Shown: one piece after another, positions 1-14,003 of the stretch
Layout: each line of letters starts with the position of its first letter
How positions within the stretch are numbered: the stretch's first letter is position 1
Assembly: GCF_022539665.2 (NCBI RefSeq)
Contig: NC_081334.1
Span: forward strand, 1,488,001-1,552,000
Direction of reading: 5' to 3'
Source of the DNA: Daphnia carinata
Lineage: Eukaryota
DNA: 64,000 nt
Notes under the pieces: model-generated
Seen by the model: the letters and a program-made list of their open reading frames with translations, nothing else
The model's database searches: none
Told to the model about the DNA's origin: nothing
Translations under genes and position numbers: made by a program

Positions 1-1002
1 GGTGTTCCATAAACGCCCACGGTCGCAAAAAAAATTATTTATTGTCTATACATCCGGTGTGACGCAACAACAAAAACGTACCGACACTTTCTCCGCAATT
101 TCCAGTGGTTTTACTGTTTGCCCAGCAATTATTCCCCCTCCCCCTTTCGCTTCGGTCCATTAACATCCAGTTAGTTTGTTTTGTTTTTCTTTACCCCATT
201 GAATAAGCAGCTCCATAACTTGTGTGTTTTGTTATGGTCTTGTGCTCGCGTTTGGCCTACTTTTTTACGGTAAAAAAACAACAGTTTTTGGCTAAGACGC
301 GCAATCAAAACGAGTTAGCGAGGGGGTTTCGTGGGTGGTGTTCAATCTTGACCTATTCTAACACCAAGGTCGAACGGAATATCAAACGGCACCGTTGAGA
401 AGCATTAAAATTCACTGCGATTAAAAAAAGGGACACATGGAATACCCTCGATGGAATGTGCTGATGTGGTTTCAACTGTTTTGCGTGCACCGCCTGATAA
501 ACGTGAGCAATAAAACATTGTTCGTTTTGTACTTTTTCTAAAGCAGTGCATTTCGGCGGCATTGCATCAGACACGCCCGTTCGTAACTCTTTCGACGTCA
601 CAACCCGATTTCCCATCCTCGCCCACTTATGTCACAATGCCAGCAGTAAATGGCGAGTAAAAGTCGTCAAGTTACAACCACGGTCGCAAAGCAAAACAGA
701 AAAACCTTGAAAGGGGCTGACGAGAATTGGATGTGCGTTAAGACAACGCACTTCGTAACGGGGTCGTTTGTCCATCACAGAAAATGGTCGTTTAATCGAA
801 CCTTGTCTGACTTGATTTCGCTCGCCCTCGTAAACAAAACAATTGCTCTCGTTCCAATCCTAACTCGTTGCAACCTTGTGTTGACCGACACCGTTTAAAA
901 AAAAAAGGGAAAATAACAATTGTCAAAAGAAAATGGGGGATTCACCGTAGTCGATTACACAGCGCGAGTCATAAAAATAAACTCATTTTTTAAAGACCCA
1001 TT

Positions 1003-1040
<38 letters not shown>

Positions 1041-2515
1041 ACAACCATTCCCTTCTCAAAATTTGGTTCAGGGATTTTTACAAAAAACGTTTCGCAGATG
1101 AATTTCGCATTTTTATTAAAAGGAAACCCGAGCCATAGATACGTCCTGTTTAAAAGCGAAACGGCAACCCAATCACACACACACACACAGAAATGTGTGT
1201 ACAGAATAGACATATCGATTTAGCAAACTCTATGACCTTACAGTTCCTTACATCCGTTTTCTTTTGGCTTCGGAGCCACTAAGACCTCCTACCCTCCCCG
1301 ACCGATATCGTCATCCCGCAGAAAAGGGAGTTACCCAAAATATTTTGGCACGTGACTCAAATATCAATCACGTACATCCTGGTCCAACAAAAACACATCC
1401 AGAGTACGCGACTTTCAATTGTTCTATGGAATTCCATCGAGAACTACGCACACACACCAACGCCTTTGTAACACCAATGGAGCCAATCCATATCGGGGAC
1501 AGGTTGGAAAACCCGAGAGAATCAGTGTCCAATTCATCGCCTACCGCCTTTATTATAAACACAGACTGCAGCAGCATCCCGCCCCCCTCTTTCAACTAAA
1601 AAATAAGAAAAAATGGTATAGTTTGATAAATCGGGCCGTATGCACACGCCCCTCGTGCGGCCCGGCCATTATTTCCCGTCTAGCGATCGTATATCCGGCG
1701 CAGGCATATAGACACCGCTGAGAGATGGATGAGCCCTCTGCCATTTCCTCTATATATAGTTCACATGTGTCATTTGCGGAAATTTTTTTTTTTTTTGCTT
1801 CTTCTTTCACAGCCCTTTAAAAAAGACAACAACAAAAAATGTATTCCTCTGTGCATGTTGGCGTGGGCGAGTCTAATAATTAGATTCAACACCCCATCCC
1901 ACCGAAGAAAAGCTATTCGCGTTATAATATCGTTAAGACGGCGCCCTCTTTGTTTCATGTTTGGCTTCGATCAGATTATTCGAAGCGTTAAGAGATTTAC
2001 GACATTCCCCGCGAAATGGCATTCGTATCATTTGTGTGCGATTTTGTCAAGTCTTTAAAAAAAAAAAAAGGAGGAAATATCTAACGGGGTAGTTCATCAT
2101 TCTACGTAACAACGCCCTTCCGGATACATTTAAAAAGGCGGGAAAAAAGAAGGGTTCATCCAACGTCAATGTTTTTTTTAAGACTTATCTCTTAACGATG
2201 GGGCTGTTTCTGCACTTGTCCAATGAAGACCCGATATTGCACGTCACACACCACATAAAATGATTTACGTATTGTCGTTTCTTTCAAGTCCCTACGTATT
2301 TCAAATCTAAGAAGTTTACCGGTAGCGTTTCAACAAAGTCCACTTTACAAGTAGCATTTAACGGGAAAAACAACATCCATTTTATTCGTAACCCAATTCA
2401 TCCCTTTTTTTTTCTATACTGAGCAAATTAGATGAACGTTGACTTGTACGCGATGCATTGCCGACGCTGCATGAATAAAAACTATGGCCGAAACGAAGCG
2501 TATCAAAGAACTTAC

Positions 2516-2791
2516 CGGAATGGCTCAGCAGAGGACGACGGAGGCGGATTCTCTCGGCCAGAGTTTTAGCCCAATTACGCACGGATGGCTAAGAAGCACC
2601 GACAGCACAAGTAACTTGCGATAGACTGGAACACGAGCCGGCGTTCAACGGGCACCTACCAGCAGACAATATTGAGACACACTGGTGCCTCGAAGGAACT
2701 GGCAAAGGCCGTCACCAACGAAACATCCAACTAGGATCCGCCAAAAAGTTTGATATCGGGATCACGGATGGCTGGAATGTTCTCCTCCTTC
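2516..2791 (-). other. Probable non-coding (5' UTR or lncRNA) exon of a minus-strand transcript that continues to the left
   Basis: On the minus strand there is an acceptor (..taacgacag|) at 2792-2794 and a donor (|gtaag) at 2515-2511. A further donor (gag|gtatgt) lies near 2836. All three frames contain stops. Confidence 0.3.
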
Positions 2792-4639
2792 CTGTCGTTA
2801 ACACTTATTCAAAGTATGCATCGATGAGGCACATACCTCCCGTAGTTTTCTAATGGCCGCGACCCACTGCGAACCAGTCCAAAAGTGATTGAAAACGAGA
2901 TAAACACAAGTCGAGATTAGAATTCCCCAACTGTCTTATCACCAACGTCAAGAACGAAAATATAAAATAGCCAGCAGTAGTGCAAATAGTACACACACAC
3001 ACACAGACCCACGAGGTGCGGAAAAAAATGGACGACAGGAGGTCGACAGCGACTAGCAAACAGTTTTGTTCACAGAAATTGTTAAATCACTTGGGAGAAC
3101 ATCTTGTTGATGTCGATGAAATTGAAAAAAAAGCAGTAACAATGTATTCGAAATCACTTGGGTTAGAACGACGAACTGGACACACCTGACGCCGATGCGC
3201 GCCAACATCAAACTAGGACGAGATCGCCACTGAGAACTCGAAACGTTTCTAAAGCAATCAGCTGTGATGTAACCTTGACTGCTATTGGACGAGGGTTCTA
3301 CCCCTTCCCTGTGATGCAACCTGTACGCCATCACAAAAATTGGACGTTAGTCTTTTGTTTTCTAGAGATATGGTCGAGGCCAAACAAAAGAACGTCTACC
3401 TCTGTGGACGAATGTCCCCGTTTAACATTGGGATTGTCTTTAGCTAAACGGATGCAAGCCGGAACTAGGGAAAGTGGTGGTGAAAGCAGGTACCTTCGAG
3501 TTTTCCTTCTCGTGTGACGTCCAATGCCAGGCAATGCTGATGAGTCATCAGTCATTTGCATCCTGTTTAGGCGGGAAAAAATGTCAACATCTCAGGCTAA
3601 TGGCTGTTCTCTGAGTCAAAGATGTGGAACGGTGAAAGCAGCCGAAAAAGAACAACAATTTTAAGTCTGCGTTAAACATTAGCCGACCGCACCATTTCTT
3701 TAGTTTGTTATGGGATCTAAATAAACAAGCAAAGAATAAACCATGAGAAAAAACACGAAGGTTTTGCAAGTTAGGCGATTAATAAGCCTCCGAAATTCTT
3801 TCTTTTGGCTTCCATTTTTCAATGGAACGTCGAGATTTGACGTTCTGAATTTTTTTTTATCATCCTTTTTCTCTTTGTAAACATATCTTAAACTGATGCT
3901 ACGTCAAGGATTATAATCTGGGCTGGCCTTCAAACATTCAGTACGAATTTAACCGTCGATCAAAGGCCTTCTGAAATCCTCGGAATTTACAAACTTCTGG
4001 ATCAAATGCACGAAATTCGTTGCATAACGGAGTGTTACATTGTTAATTCATGGCTGCATCTGTAGTCCATAAGACAATTATGGACTAAACACGTATGTCG
4101 TTGTTGCAGCTGTTTTTCTAGGTTACGTGTTTCTTGTTTGATCCACAAGGTTTTTTTTTTTTTTTTACTAAGAATAGACAGTAAGGTCTTGAAAAATGTA
4201 AAGCAGGTCAGCCATCAAATAAGGAGCCATCAATCTGCTTTGGTTTCTAACCAAAATCGTATAGTAAACAGTTTAGAATATTAACACTCACGTTTCGCTT
4301 GGTGATCGGTGAGCTCGACACATGTCAGGTTTAAGAATGGGGATTTTGAACGTCGGGTTTTAAAAGGAAATCTTAATGGATGCCACAGGAAGATTCAAGG
4401 AAATGCTGAGTGCTATGAGAAACTACGAAAAGTCTTACAGCATCCGCCATCCATAAGCTGCCCTCGATTAAACTTGAAAATCTTAGATAAACGAAAATGA
4501 TCGTCTGTTTATTTCGTAAAATAATAGAATTTTTCCCTGCGTAAACGATTAACTTGACGAAGTTAACTTTTTAAATATGAATAACATGCAAAGAAGAAAC
4601 AATTTCAATAAGGAGATAGACAAAGAAATATTTAGGCGC

Positions 4640-5048
4640 GCTGTACTACACGTGTCGTTTAGTTTCAAGGATAAACTTTAAAGGGTAAAGGGTGGGTGAT
4701 GAAACAGATTATAGAAGACAAACAAAATAAGCGGCCATCATGGATTTTTTCTTCACCCTTACCCTCAAATTCAACCAATACGCTGACGAATTCTCTGACT
4801 CAAAAATATGTGTTTTCCCTTATTGGTTGAAAGACAAAACTAAACAAAAAAAATGAATATTCATAGCTGTGCAGCTGTACACGTGTCATTTAGAACAATT
4901 TCAAGGATAAACCTTAAGAGGCTGGGGTGATGAAAAGGACGTTACTATAGAAGAAAAAAAAAATGGGCGGCCATAATGGATTTTTTCATCACCCTTACCC
5001 CCCAGTTCTAATATGCTAATGAATTCCTACCTTTAAGAAAAATGTGTT
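4640..5048. repeat. Imperfect tandem duplication of a ~175-bp unit, each copy with an internal inverted repeat
   Basis: 4640-4814 and 4871-5048 share gctgtac..acgtgtc.tttag..tttcaaggataaac..gggtgatgaaa..tatagaaga..gcggccat.atggatttttt..tcacccttaccc in the same order. Confidence 0.8.
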
Positions 5049-5725
5049 GTGAAACTGTGTTATTAAATAGGTGAATATCAAATATTTAAATTTTTGATTG
5101 ATTTAAATATTTTCTATATATCTTTAACCCTTAAAATCGCTGGAACAATATTTTGAAACTCTATTATGTAAAAACCAAAATCGTGTCATATTGCCATTAA
5201 TAGATTAGTTGTTTTTTTTTCTGGTGATTGTTATTTCAGTTATTACGAGAGATTTTAAAATTATGTTTCTATGATTTGCTGATTGCATTTGGCCAAATGC
5301 ATCCACCAAATAAAGCAACGAAAATTAGAAATGAATGTTGTTCTTGTAGAAGTGAATTGTTTCTTGTAAATGTTAATCCACAAGAAAAAGCTTTGAGGTT
5401 TATTCGTTGGAACTCAATCGATCAGTGTTTTTTTTATTATTATTATTTATAATACACGAAACAATTGACGGCAGCACAATCGGTATTTATCAAGACGTGC
5501 CTTGAAGAAACGTAACGGCTGAAGCCGATACGATAGGTTGCTGAACTTCCATTTAAAAATTGTGTTCGAAAACTATTATGTTTGTCATGACATTTGAAAA
5601 TTCGTAAAAAAAAAAAGAAAAAAAGAAAACGGAACTGATTTGCCGGCAAAATTTGCAGCGTGAAATAGTTCACTTCTCATCAGCAAGGTATAGTACTATC
5701 GCGAATAAGAACTTTTGGCTTCCAT

Positions 5726-5996
5726 TTAAAGTACTGAGCAGCTGCTTTTTTCACGGAAAGGGTTGGCTTTTTGTGAGCTGAATCCGATCATCAGGCAATC
5801 ATCCTGCTGATGGTCAGAAACGTACTTCTACAATTTGATTAACAGAAAAATTTAGTCTTGATTTTTTTTCCCAAGGGAAATATAATTTAAAGTATACCAT
5901 TATATCAGCAACTGCTTGGCGAACAGTAATTCGTTTGATCGCGGCCTCTCGTCGCAATTGCTCAACCACCAACCTTTGTTGTTGTAAGTTGGACAT
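5726..5996 (-). CDS. Ggamma1: Heterotrimeric G-protein gamma subunit (Ggamma1-like), 66 aa, 2 coding exons (5996-5898, 5827-5726)
   Basis: Spliced translation MSNLQQQRLVVEQLRREAAIKRITVRQAVADIM|KYVSDHQQDDCLMIGFSSQKANPFREKSSCSVL*. It has a GGL domain with NPF motif and a C-terminal CAAX box (CSVL). Probable non-coding upstream exons have donors near 6366 and 6448. Confidence 0.95.
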
Positions 5997-6854
5997 CTGT
6001 AGACACAAGTAAATAGTATCACATGCACGCTAAACCTTTTCACATCAAAGCTTTTGGTTTCCAAACTTATTCATTAATATATAGGTTACTTAATGATTTT
6101 AGTCTTATTGATACTTTATCATAATACATATAACTGTGGTAAATGAACGATTTCATTTGGCTTTGTTATCTCTCATTGCCAATTTTTTTGTTAAGGCTTC
6201 TTGCATCAACCTCCTCGTGCAACCTAAATAACTAGAAAATGTCACCTATAGAATAGTCATAAGTACATGTTGCTATGTCTTTACTTTTCGATCGTAAATT
6301 ATGAGGTAATTGCATTTAAAACTATCACGACGAAGGGCGTGGACTTGTTGCACAACGATAACTTACTTGCTACTACCAACTGATGATGAGGAATGTCTTA
6401 AATAGGGCACGATGCGAAAAACAAGCATAATTTAAAAAAAAATGTTACCTTTTAATAGCCGCCTAAGTTATCAAAGCCAAATCATAAAATAAAACAAGAA
6501 TCAAAGTACTAGAGTCTCTAAAGCTCTGTTCGATGACGCGTTGTGAAGCCTGAACTGACACTTGTGCAATAATCGATTAATATTGACAACGATTCGAGAT
6601 CTCTCGATATCGACGATCGAAACGTTTGTTTACGGAATGGAGATCTTACACGTGTATCTGGAAAGCGGATAATAAAAATTTCTTAGGTGAAGCAATAGTT
6701 GTGAAATAAATCGCATCACTTAACGTTTTTATAATGCTGGATACTCGACTGTTTAGTTCTTTCTCAGTGTTATCAGTCACGGGCTCTACTTAGAGTGATA
6801 ACAAATATATCTACAGTATCTTATTGTGCATCTTCACTTTCTGTGTTAAGTAAA

Positions 6855-8200
6855 ATGAAAAACTTTGCTATTCTGCTGTTTGTGGTTTGCTGTTGCCTTG
6901 TGGCAACGGTCAGCACATATGGTGGGTCTTCAGGTATTAAAACAAAATAAGTAGTTTTGTTATTGTTATATGCTACTAATTATATTTTATATATAGATGG
7001 CATCAAACTAAGTGAAGTTAAAGTACTTACTCTATACCATGGAAAAATGACCACTGGTAGACGTTCTTCGCCAGTTCCACAATTAAAATGTGTGGGAGGA
7101 AGTGCTGGATGCAAAGCATTCACACCCAAGGTAAAACATTGCTTTTTGTATTTCTCCTGTTTTGTTCCCAAATTTCATTGGAAATATCCTTTTTAATCCT
7201 ATTTAGGTAGTTCAATGTTACAACAAAGGATGGGATGGCAATGACATTCAATGGGAATGTAAAACTGACATGGATAATGCTTACCGCTTTGGTGACATCT
7301 CAGTCTCATGTGAAGGCTACTCTTATGCTGATGATCCATTTATTTTAAAAGGATCTTGCGGAGTATGATACACAATAACTCCCTCTAAAACAACACCTAG
7401 TAATAATGAATGTTTTCGTTTATTCTAGCTTGAATACACCTTAGATTTAACAAAAGAGGGCTATGGAAACCAACAAGGACATGATTATTACGGCAGTGCT
7501 TTCCATGCAAATGATAGAAAGGGCAATTACAGTGCTGAAGAGCCTAAGACATCGTTTCTGGGAAATCTTATTCCTCTAGCTGCAGTTGGGTTGATTATCT
7601 ATGCCCTTTACAGGACGTGTATTGCACCCCCTTCTGAACGAGTCTTTCAATCTAGGTAGAGATAAAAAAAATATATGTATATATCATACCATATGTTATA
7701 TTTGAGCTTCTACAGTACCACTAGCGATGATTTTGGTGGATACCCAGGAGGTGATCCATATCGCGCAAATGCCCCTCCTCCTCCTGCGGGATTTCGATCA
7801 GAATTTGCACCGGATACTGGATCGCCCTTTGAAGCGTCTTGCGGAGGAGGGCAAGCTGGTTTTGGCAGTGCGACTGGTGGCGGTCGTCCGGGCTCTAGTG
7901 CTGGAGGATTTTGGACAGGGGCTGCTGCAGGAGGACTACTTGGTTATATGTTTGGAAACCGAGGGTACTTTTCACTCGTCTGTAGAATGCAAGCAGCGAA
8001 GTGTTTCTAATAGCTAATCGTTTCTTCGAATCAGGAACGCCAGAACATCTCATACATACAGGGCTGATAGAAATGACTACTCGGACAACGCATTTTGGGG
8101 CGGAACTTCTAGGAGAGGTAGTGGTTATTCACCGTCAAGTGGAACGTCAAGTACCGGCACCAGAACAGCATCAGGATTTGGGGGAACGACACGCCGCTGA
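6855..8200 (+). CDS. SARAF: Store-operated calcium entry-associated regulatory factor (SARAF/TMEM66), 6 exons
   Basis: Signal peptide MKNFAILLFVVCCCLVATVS. Luminal motifs LTLYHGKMTTGRRSSPVPQLKCVGG, VQCYNKGWDGNDIQWECKTDMD and VSCEGYSYADDPFILKGSCGLEY, then a TM segment, GFWTGAAAGGLLGYMFG, and the C-terminus ASGFGGTTRR*. Confidence 0.95.
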
Positions 8201-8768
8201 GTTTCAAGTCTTAATCGTCATTCTGTAGGATACTTTGTCCAAACACTTGATTATCTTGATTTTTGAAATTAACATATAGACGCTGAAATTGCTGTAGCTA
8301 CCGTAACACTTTCTATTAATTTGTTTGTTTAGCAAAAAAGTAGTTATAAAATTTGACCTAGTTTTGTATTTAATTTAGCAACACAGAGAAGCTGCAAGCT
8401 TAAACCTTATTGCAGTCAACCCCTTAGTCTAAATGATTCTTAAATAAACTGGGTTCAATTCTAGTTTGGAATCAGGTAACTTCACACCATTATGTGACAT
8501 ATAATGGCGTTTCAGCACAGTACGCATAATACCAAACTACGAGCCAGACAGTCTTTTTAAAGAGAAAATGGGGCTTCCTTAAAATTTGTTTGTCAGAAAA
8601 TCCACGGGACAGGCATTTTGATTGAATCTGTAACTACAGGTTAAGTTTTTCGAGCACTAAAAATGTTAATACTAGCATCTTCTTAGATGCGACTCAATTA
8701 ATTGTGTGAACGCTAAATCTCTAAAAGCTAGAAGCAACGCCTGTGGCTAAATGATTCTCATCGTACCG

Positions 8769-10730
8769 TTAATGGACAATGAGGGATTTTTGCCACCTTA
8801 GTTTAGATAAGGTCATAATTTCTACAATAAATATAAAGAAGGACAATGAAATCCCAAGTCCAAAGAGTGCAAAAGCGCTGGATAGGTCATCCAATGTGAA
8901 ACGATTCATCCGTCCTCGGGGTTTGATTTTTCCTACCATGCACTTGTCAACGTTCGGTGTGTACTTCTTTAACCGATACGGAAGCAGACCGTTTTCCCAT
9001 AAGTACTGAAAACTGTCAATCGAAATTAATGAAGAGTGTGAAAAACATCCATACCTTTTGTATCTCTCGAGCTTTGAAAAAGTCTTACTCATAATTGATC
9101 ACCGCATTGTGTTGACCACGTTTGGGTAAACCCGCCGATGAGTAATCCATGTACGGAATCGTAGCCGAGGAGGTCAGACGACAGTTAGGGTGACTTTTCA
9201 TATCCATGGCTAATAAATAATCTACGACAACGCGACTCTTACGAGTAAACAGAAGTAATAAAGTTAACTTGGCTTGCAGCTAAATTATCTTTGGCGGAGT
9301 ATGCAGTACTAAAGGAACACCATACCGTAATGAAAGTAGCTCCTAATTCCAAAACATTTTAAAGTCCATCGAATATATGGCCCCCTTTGACGAGGAGCTT
9401 TGGATTATTACGAAGGGAATTGCCTAAGATTAAATGTGTTCCAGAAGTTGCCCTCTTTAACAGCATTAATGATCATTAGCTACTACACTTAAATAATATC
9501 ATTTGATTTTTAAATGTACCAAAAACATTGACGTCTGCTCCGTTCCGTAATGCACAGTTACTTCTGTTTCGCTAACTCTGGCTGCCAATTCCTGTAGTGT
9601 GTTCACAATCGGTGTCAGTTTATGGACCGCCAAGTAAGAGGTCAATATACTTGAATAAGCATTAACCAAAAACCATCATCGTCAAACACCACAAGCCTGC
9701 CACTAGGCGCAGGGAGAATTTTTCTTTTGATGATATACTGTTTCCTTCATAGGAAGGGTGTTGCCTATGTCAGTACAATCTCATAAAAAAACCCGAAAAA
9801 TTCAGTCGGTACCTTGACCAGTTATTACTGTGATGACGTAGTTTACATGACGACTGATTGCATCCATGAAGCTTGTTTGGTTGCCTTCTGTACTTAAACG
9901 AGTCAACAGAGGCATAAAAACGATCAGTGCAATGGATGAAAAAAGGAATACGATCCAAACCTATGTGGAAGACATAGAAACGGGATATTAAAATTAAGCC
10001 GTATTTTTCCCCAAAAATATTTCTATGAAAAACCGTTAAAGAAAATGGTCTAATCAGTGTGGTTAGACGACTTGCTTCTTCAGGCCAGCGCTGTAACATA
10101 CTGTAATACTGTATTGCCACAGGAATCGAAAAATCCGCTTGTTGCCAAAGTTCTGGCGTAGGAGCAAAAGCGTATGGTACAAAATCGACTTCCTAAAACA
10201 ATTGTTTTTAGTATTTTTTTTTGTAGCAGCTTAAAAGCAGGAAAATTTTTATTTTATTAATGACATAAACGAAATAAAACCTTGTACCATGTTAAGCAGT
10301 TGTTCCATCAGCACAGGAACTATTCCTAGTTTGGCTATTTGTGTTGTGTTTGCAGGCACGTAGACCAACCTTGTTCGACATTATGATTAAATTGAATAAT
10401 TACTTGATGCACGTCAGTTCTGTACAAGATATTCTTACTTCATATTGTAATATGAAACCATCCATGTCACGATATCATGGCAAATCCCAAAGTATGAGTA
10501 GTTTCCCGATGGCATTTTCATGCGCGACAAACACGGGGGATACTGAAAATCAAGCGGTTGATGAAAACGGTCTTCAGTTATTTTCGAATAAATATCAAAA
10601 TAATAATAATAATAATAAATAATTTTACTGTACATCAAAGGCAGAAGCTCTGATTTGAAGACCGTGAAGGCTTCTTCTTTCGTTTTGCCATACATCTCCA
10701 CTAACATCTGGTTTGAATAACACAATTGCT
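8769..10730 (-). pseudogene. Divergent ionotropic receptor (IR / variant iGluR) with disrupted frame; the 5' end may extend to ~11130
   Basis: Exons encode S1 (FGICHDIVTW; ADFSIPV..LIRPFSLTVW), M1, M2 (YVITVITGQG), M3 (RLVAGLWCLTMMV/LVNAYSSILTSYL), S2 and M4 (TLDDLSSAFALFGLGISLSFFIFIVE). There is a +1 frameshift in the A5 run at 9668-9672 and an in-frame TAA at 9361-9359. Confidence 0.8.
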
Positions 10731-11933
10731 GCAGAAACAAGAAAAAAATAACATTGCTTTTAAGTGTATGAAATCCCAAAGAGTTCTTCTCCCAAGTCCA
10801 GATGCATTTGTCTTCACCACGTTGGCTTTCGAAAGATCCACCGATCACGTCTCGCCTCTTTTTATGGCGTAGAACCAGAATGATGTAAATGTTTCATATT
10901 GCTTAAGACTGTTCTGTTTCCAAGCAAACTTACCCCATGGTGACTCCTTCCTCGAACTTTATTGCTGTTTTGTTGTGCCAGTAAGACAGGGAAATCGAAA
11001 TAATATCGGTTTTCTTCCAAATAGTTTGAGACGCACAGTAACACTTCTTGCCAAGAGTAGAGAATCAATCTTTCATGGGACGAAGTATCCAAGTTTCACA
11101 CAAGATTTTGCCCTTCTCCTGAGTTCATGACACATTTTTCACTAGGTAAAAATGCATGCAATTGATTGCAGAGCAGCTTTTGTACGAAATTGGAAACAAC
11201 GATTCTACAAGTATTTGCAATGGTTCTGCCATGTGGGTCTGCAAATCTGACTCTTGTTCTAAAAAAAGATGCCATCTGAAACCCAACATTTAGGTTAAAA
11301 TTTGCAAGATACTTTTACTGCTTTACAAATCATAATGTACAGGAATATCTGTATTTATAAAGTTGTTTTGCGTAGGCTATTCCATTCTCGGGCGCCATTC
11401 CTTGAATGCTGGAAATTCGACGTACATTATGAGATGTCCCTTAGACCCTACACGTTCATTCACCTGAATTCTACATAGAATTAGGAGCAACTAGATTTGT
11501 GAAAATGGCTCAATAGCTGTAGGATGTAGGCAAGCTGCAATTTTAATTTTTAGTTTCTCGATTTGTTTTAATTTTAAAAGTAAGGCTTCATCAGTTGGCA
11601 ATTTTTATAAGTTAGATGGCGCTTGATTCACTAGCAGAAGAAATCCTCCGTTTGTTGTTGCACTTTGCCGATGTTCATTATAATATTCAGACGTCTAGTT
11701 ACTAATAATTATTCTACCACAGGAGTTAATAACTCAAGGTGCGCCAGGTTCACTTTAAAATTTTTTTTTTTATTATTACCGCTGTTAGGAAAATTTTGTA
11801 CGTTCGCTTCTGCTTGTCATAAGGTGGCCTGAAGATGAATGAATCTCAAAGCATGTTTTTTTCGAGAATTTATAAGATATCCGTCGTATTGCACTTAAAT
11901 TATTGTTCCACCACATATAGAATTTCCTAAGTT

Positions 11934-14003
11934 ATGGAGTACCAAGCTGTAATCATGGCTGCTGGAAGGGGGTCACGGATGACAGATTTAACCCATGATC
12001 GCCCCAAGTGTTTACTACCAATTTGCAATAGACCAATGATCTGGTTTTCTTTAAAAATGTTGGAAAAGGCAGGCTTTGAAGGTATTTGAGCCTTACAGGT
12101 CATATAATAAAGATTTTCTAACAAAAATGGTGTTTCTGTTTCAGATATTCTAGTTATTATCCATGAACAATTCAAAACTGAAATAGCAGACATTCCAAAT
12201 AAGTATGGTTTGAAAATCAAATTAGACATCACATGCCTTCAGAAAAATGAAGATTATGGAACTGCTGATTCTCTTCGGCTAATTAAAGATAAAATCAAGG
12301 CAACAGATGAATTAATTTAATAAGTCATAAAAAACCATTTCTAACCTTATTTTTGATGAAAAGACTGATGTCTTAGTTGTTAGCTGTGACTTGGTATGTG
12401 ACATACCATTGCACAAACTGTTTGATCTTCATAGAACGCACCAGTCAAGTGTCACAGCTCTTTTTAGCCAGACTTCTACAGAAATGATATTGGCCCCAGC
12501 ACCTGGTCCAAAAACCAAAATCAAGCAGGGTAATATCCGTCTTTATCCCGTTAAGTTGTGCTGCCTCTATGTGTTATATACTACAGTACTTCGTTTCGTG
12601 TGGATTTCAACACCAAATAATGGTCGTCTGTACTAATATAATAATTTTTTTTCCTGAAATTTTAGAAAGAGATCTAGTAGGATTGGATCTTCAAACTCCT
12701 CGTCTTGTTTTTTTGGTATCTGAAGCAGACTTGACTTCGGAAAACGAAGAAGACCTCTCAATCCGCAAATCGGTTATGAAACATTTTCCACAAATAAGCG
12801 TTCAAGGTAATCTCCTTGACGCGCATTTGTACGTTATTAAGAAATGGGTTTGTGACTATATCGCCGAAAACCGGTATTTAAAATTTAAGATTTAATTAGG
12901 AATCGTTCTTAACTTTCGCGTTCTGATATAGATCTTTTACAATGCTTAAGGGTGAGGTATTGCCTCATATTGTGCGAAAGCAATTCACAAAGTCGCCAAA
13001 AAGAAATACTGATAAAGATCTTCCCAATGCAGACGTCTCAGTCGCTTCTTTCAGTACTGCCAATCGAGGTACTTCTAAATTTTGTTGGCTTTTCCCTTAG
13101 TGCTCAATCTGTTGAATCTTATTCTCTTCTCTTCGTTTTTGCTTTCCATGCTCAGATGTTTACAGCTTTCTTGTAGACGCTGAAGAAGAAGAAAGGATAA
13201 GAAGCTATTCTGCCTGGAATGATCATCGTGGTGATTTGCGTGGTCCATACCAAGATCATGCTATTCGTTGTTTTGCCTACGTTGCTAAGGAAGGCTTTTG
13301 TTTGCGAGCAAACACTTTGAACAATTATTGTGAGCTTAATCGACAGGTAATAGAATGCGATAGCTCAGTCCTATTACTTCGTATTAAGACAAATTTAACG
13401 CCGTAGGTCATTAAAAGTTGGAGTACAATGTTCCCCGAGGAAGAAATAACACCACCGGTATCCAAAGCACAGGTATTTAATAAACCAGACAAGAATTTTC
13501 TAGATTTCCTTTGTGATTTCGATGTTTCTTAAATTTTTAAAGGTCGGCGCTGATTGTCTTATTGGTGAAAACACCCAGTTGTCAGACAAATGCTCAATTA
13601 AGCATTCAATTATTGGTCAGAATTGCAAAATCGGAGATAAAGTTCGAATTACCAACTGCATTATTATGGATAACGTCACTATTATGAAAGAGTAAGCTCA
13701 ATCGGTTTCTAATATCTACAAAGTTTGCAACATTTTTCTAAAATCTCATCTTTAGAACGACTCTTCAGGGAAGCATTCTGATGGATAACTCGATAGTGGA
13801 GAACAGTTGCGACATAAAAGACTCCATAGTTGGACATACTGTGCACAGCAACTGTAAGTTATCACTAGTTAAACATGAATCGCCAAAATAGTACTTCTCA
13901 ATGATACTTATTTGCATTTGTTTTTTTGTTTTGTTTTCGCCGTTTCTTAGGTAAATCCACTAATGAAGTTTTAGTTGATGCCGATCGGCTTTTAGAAATA
14001 TGA
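11934..14003 (+). CDS. EIF2B3: Translation initiation factor eIF2B subunit gamma, multi-exon
   Basis: [77 protein letters not shown] and C-terminal hexapeptide LbH repeats ([31 protein letters not shown]). Ends DADRLLEI*. Confidence 0.95.

Noticed and set aside
353..2058. Short ORFs at the window start
   Set aside because: They show no protein-like motifs and run through homopolymers. The region looks intronic or intergenic.
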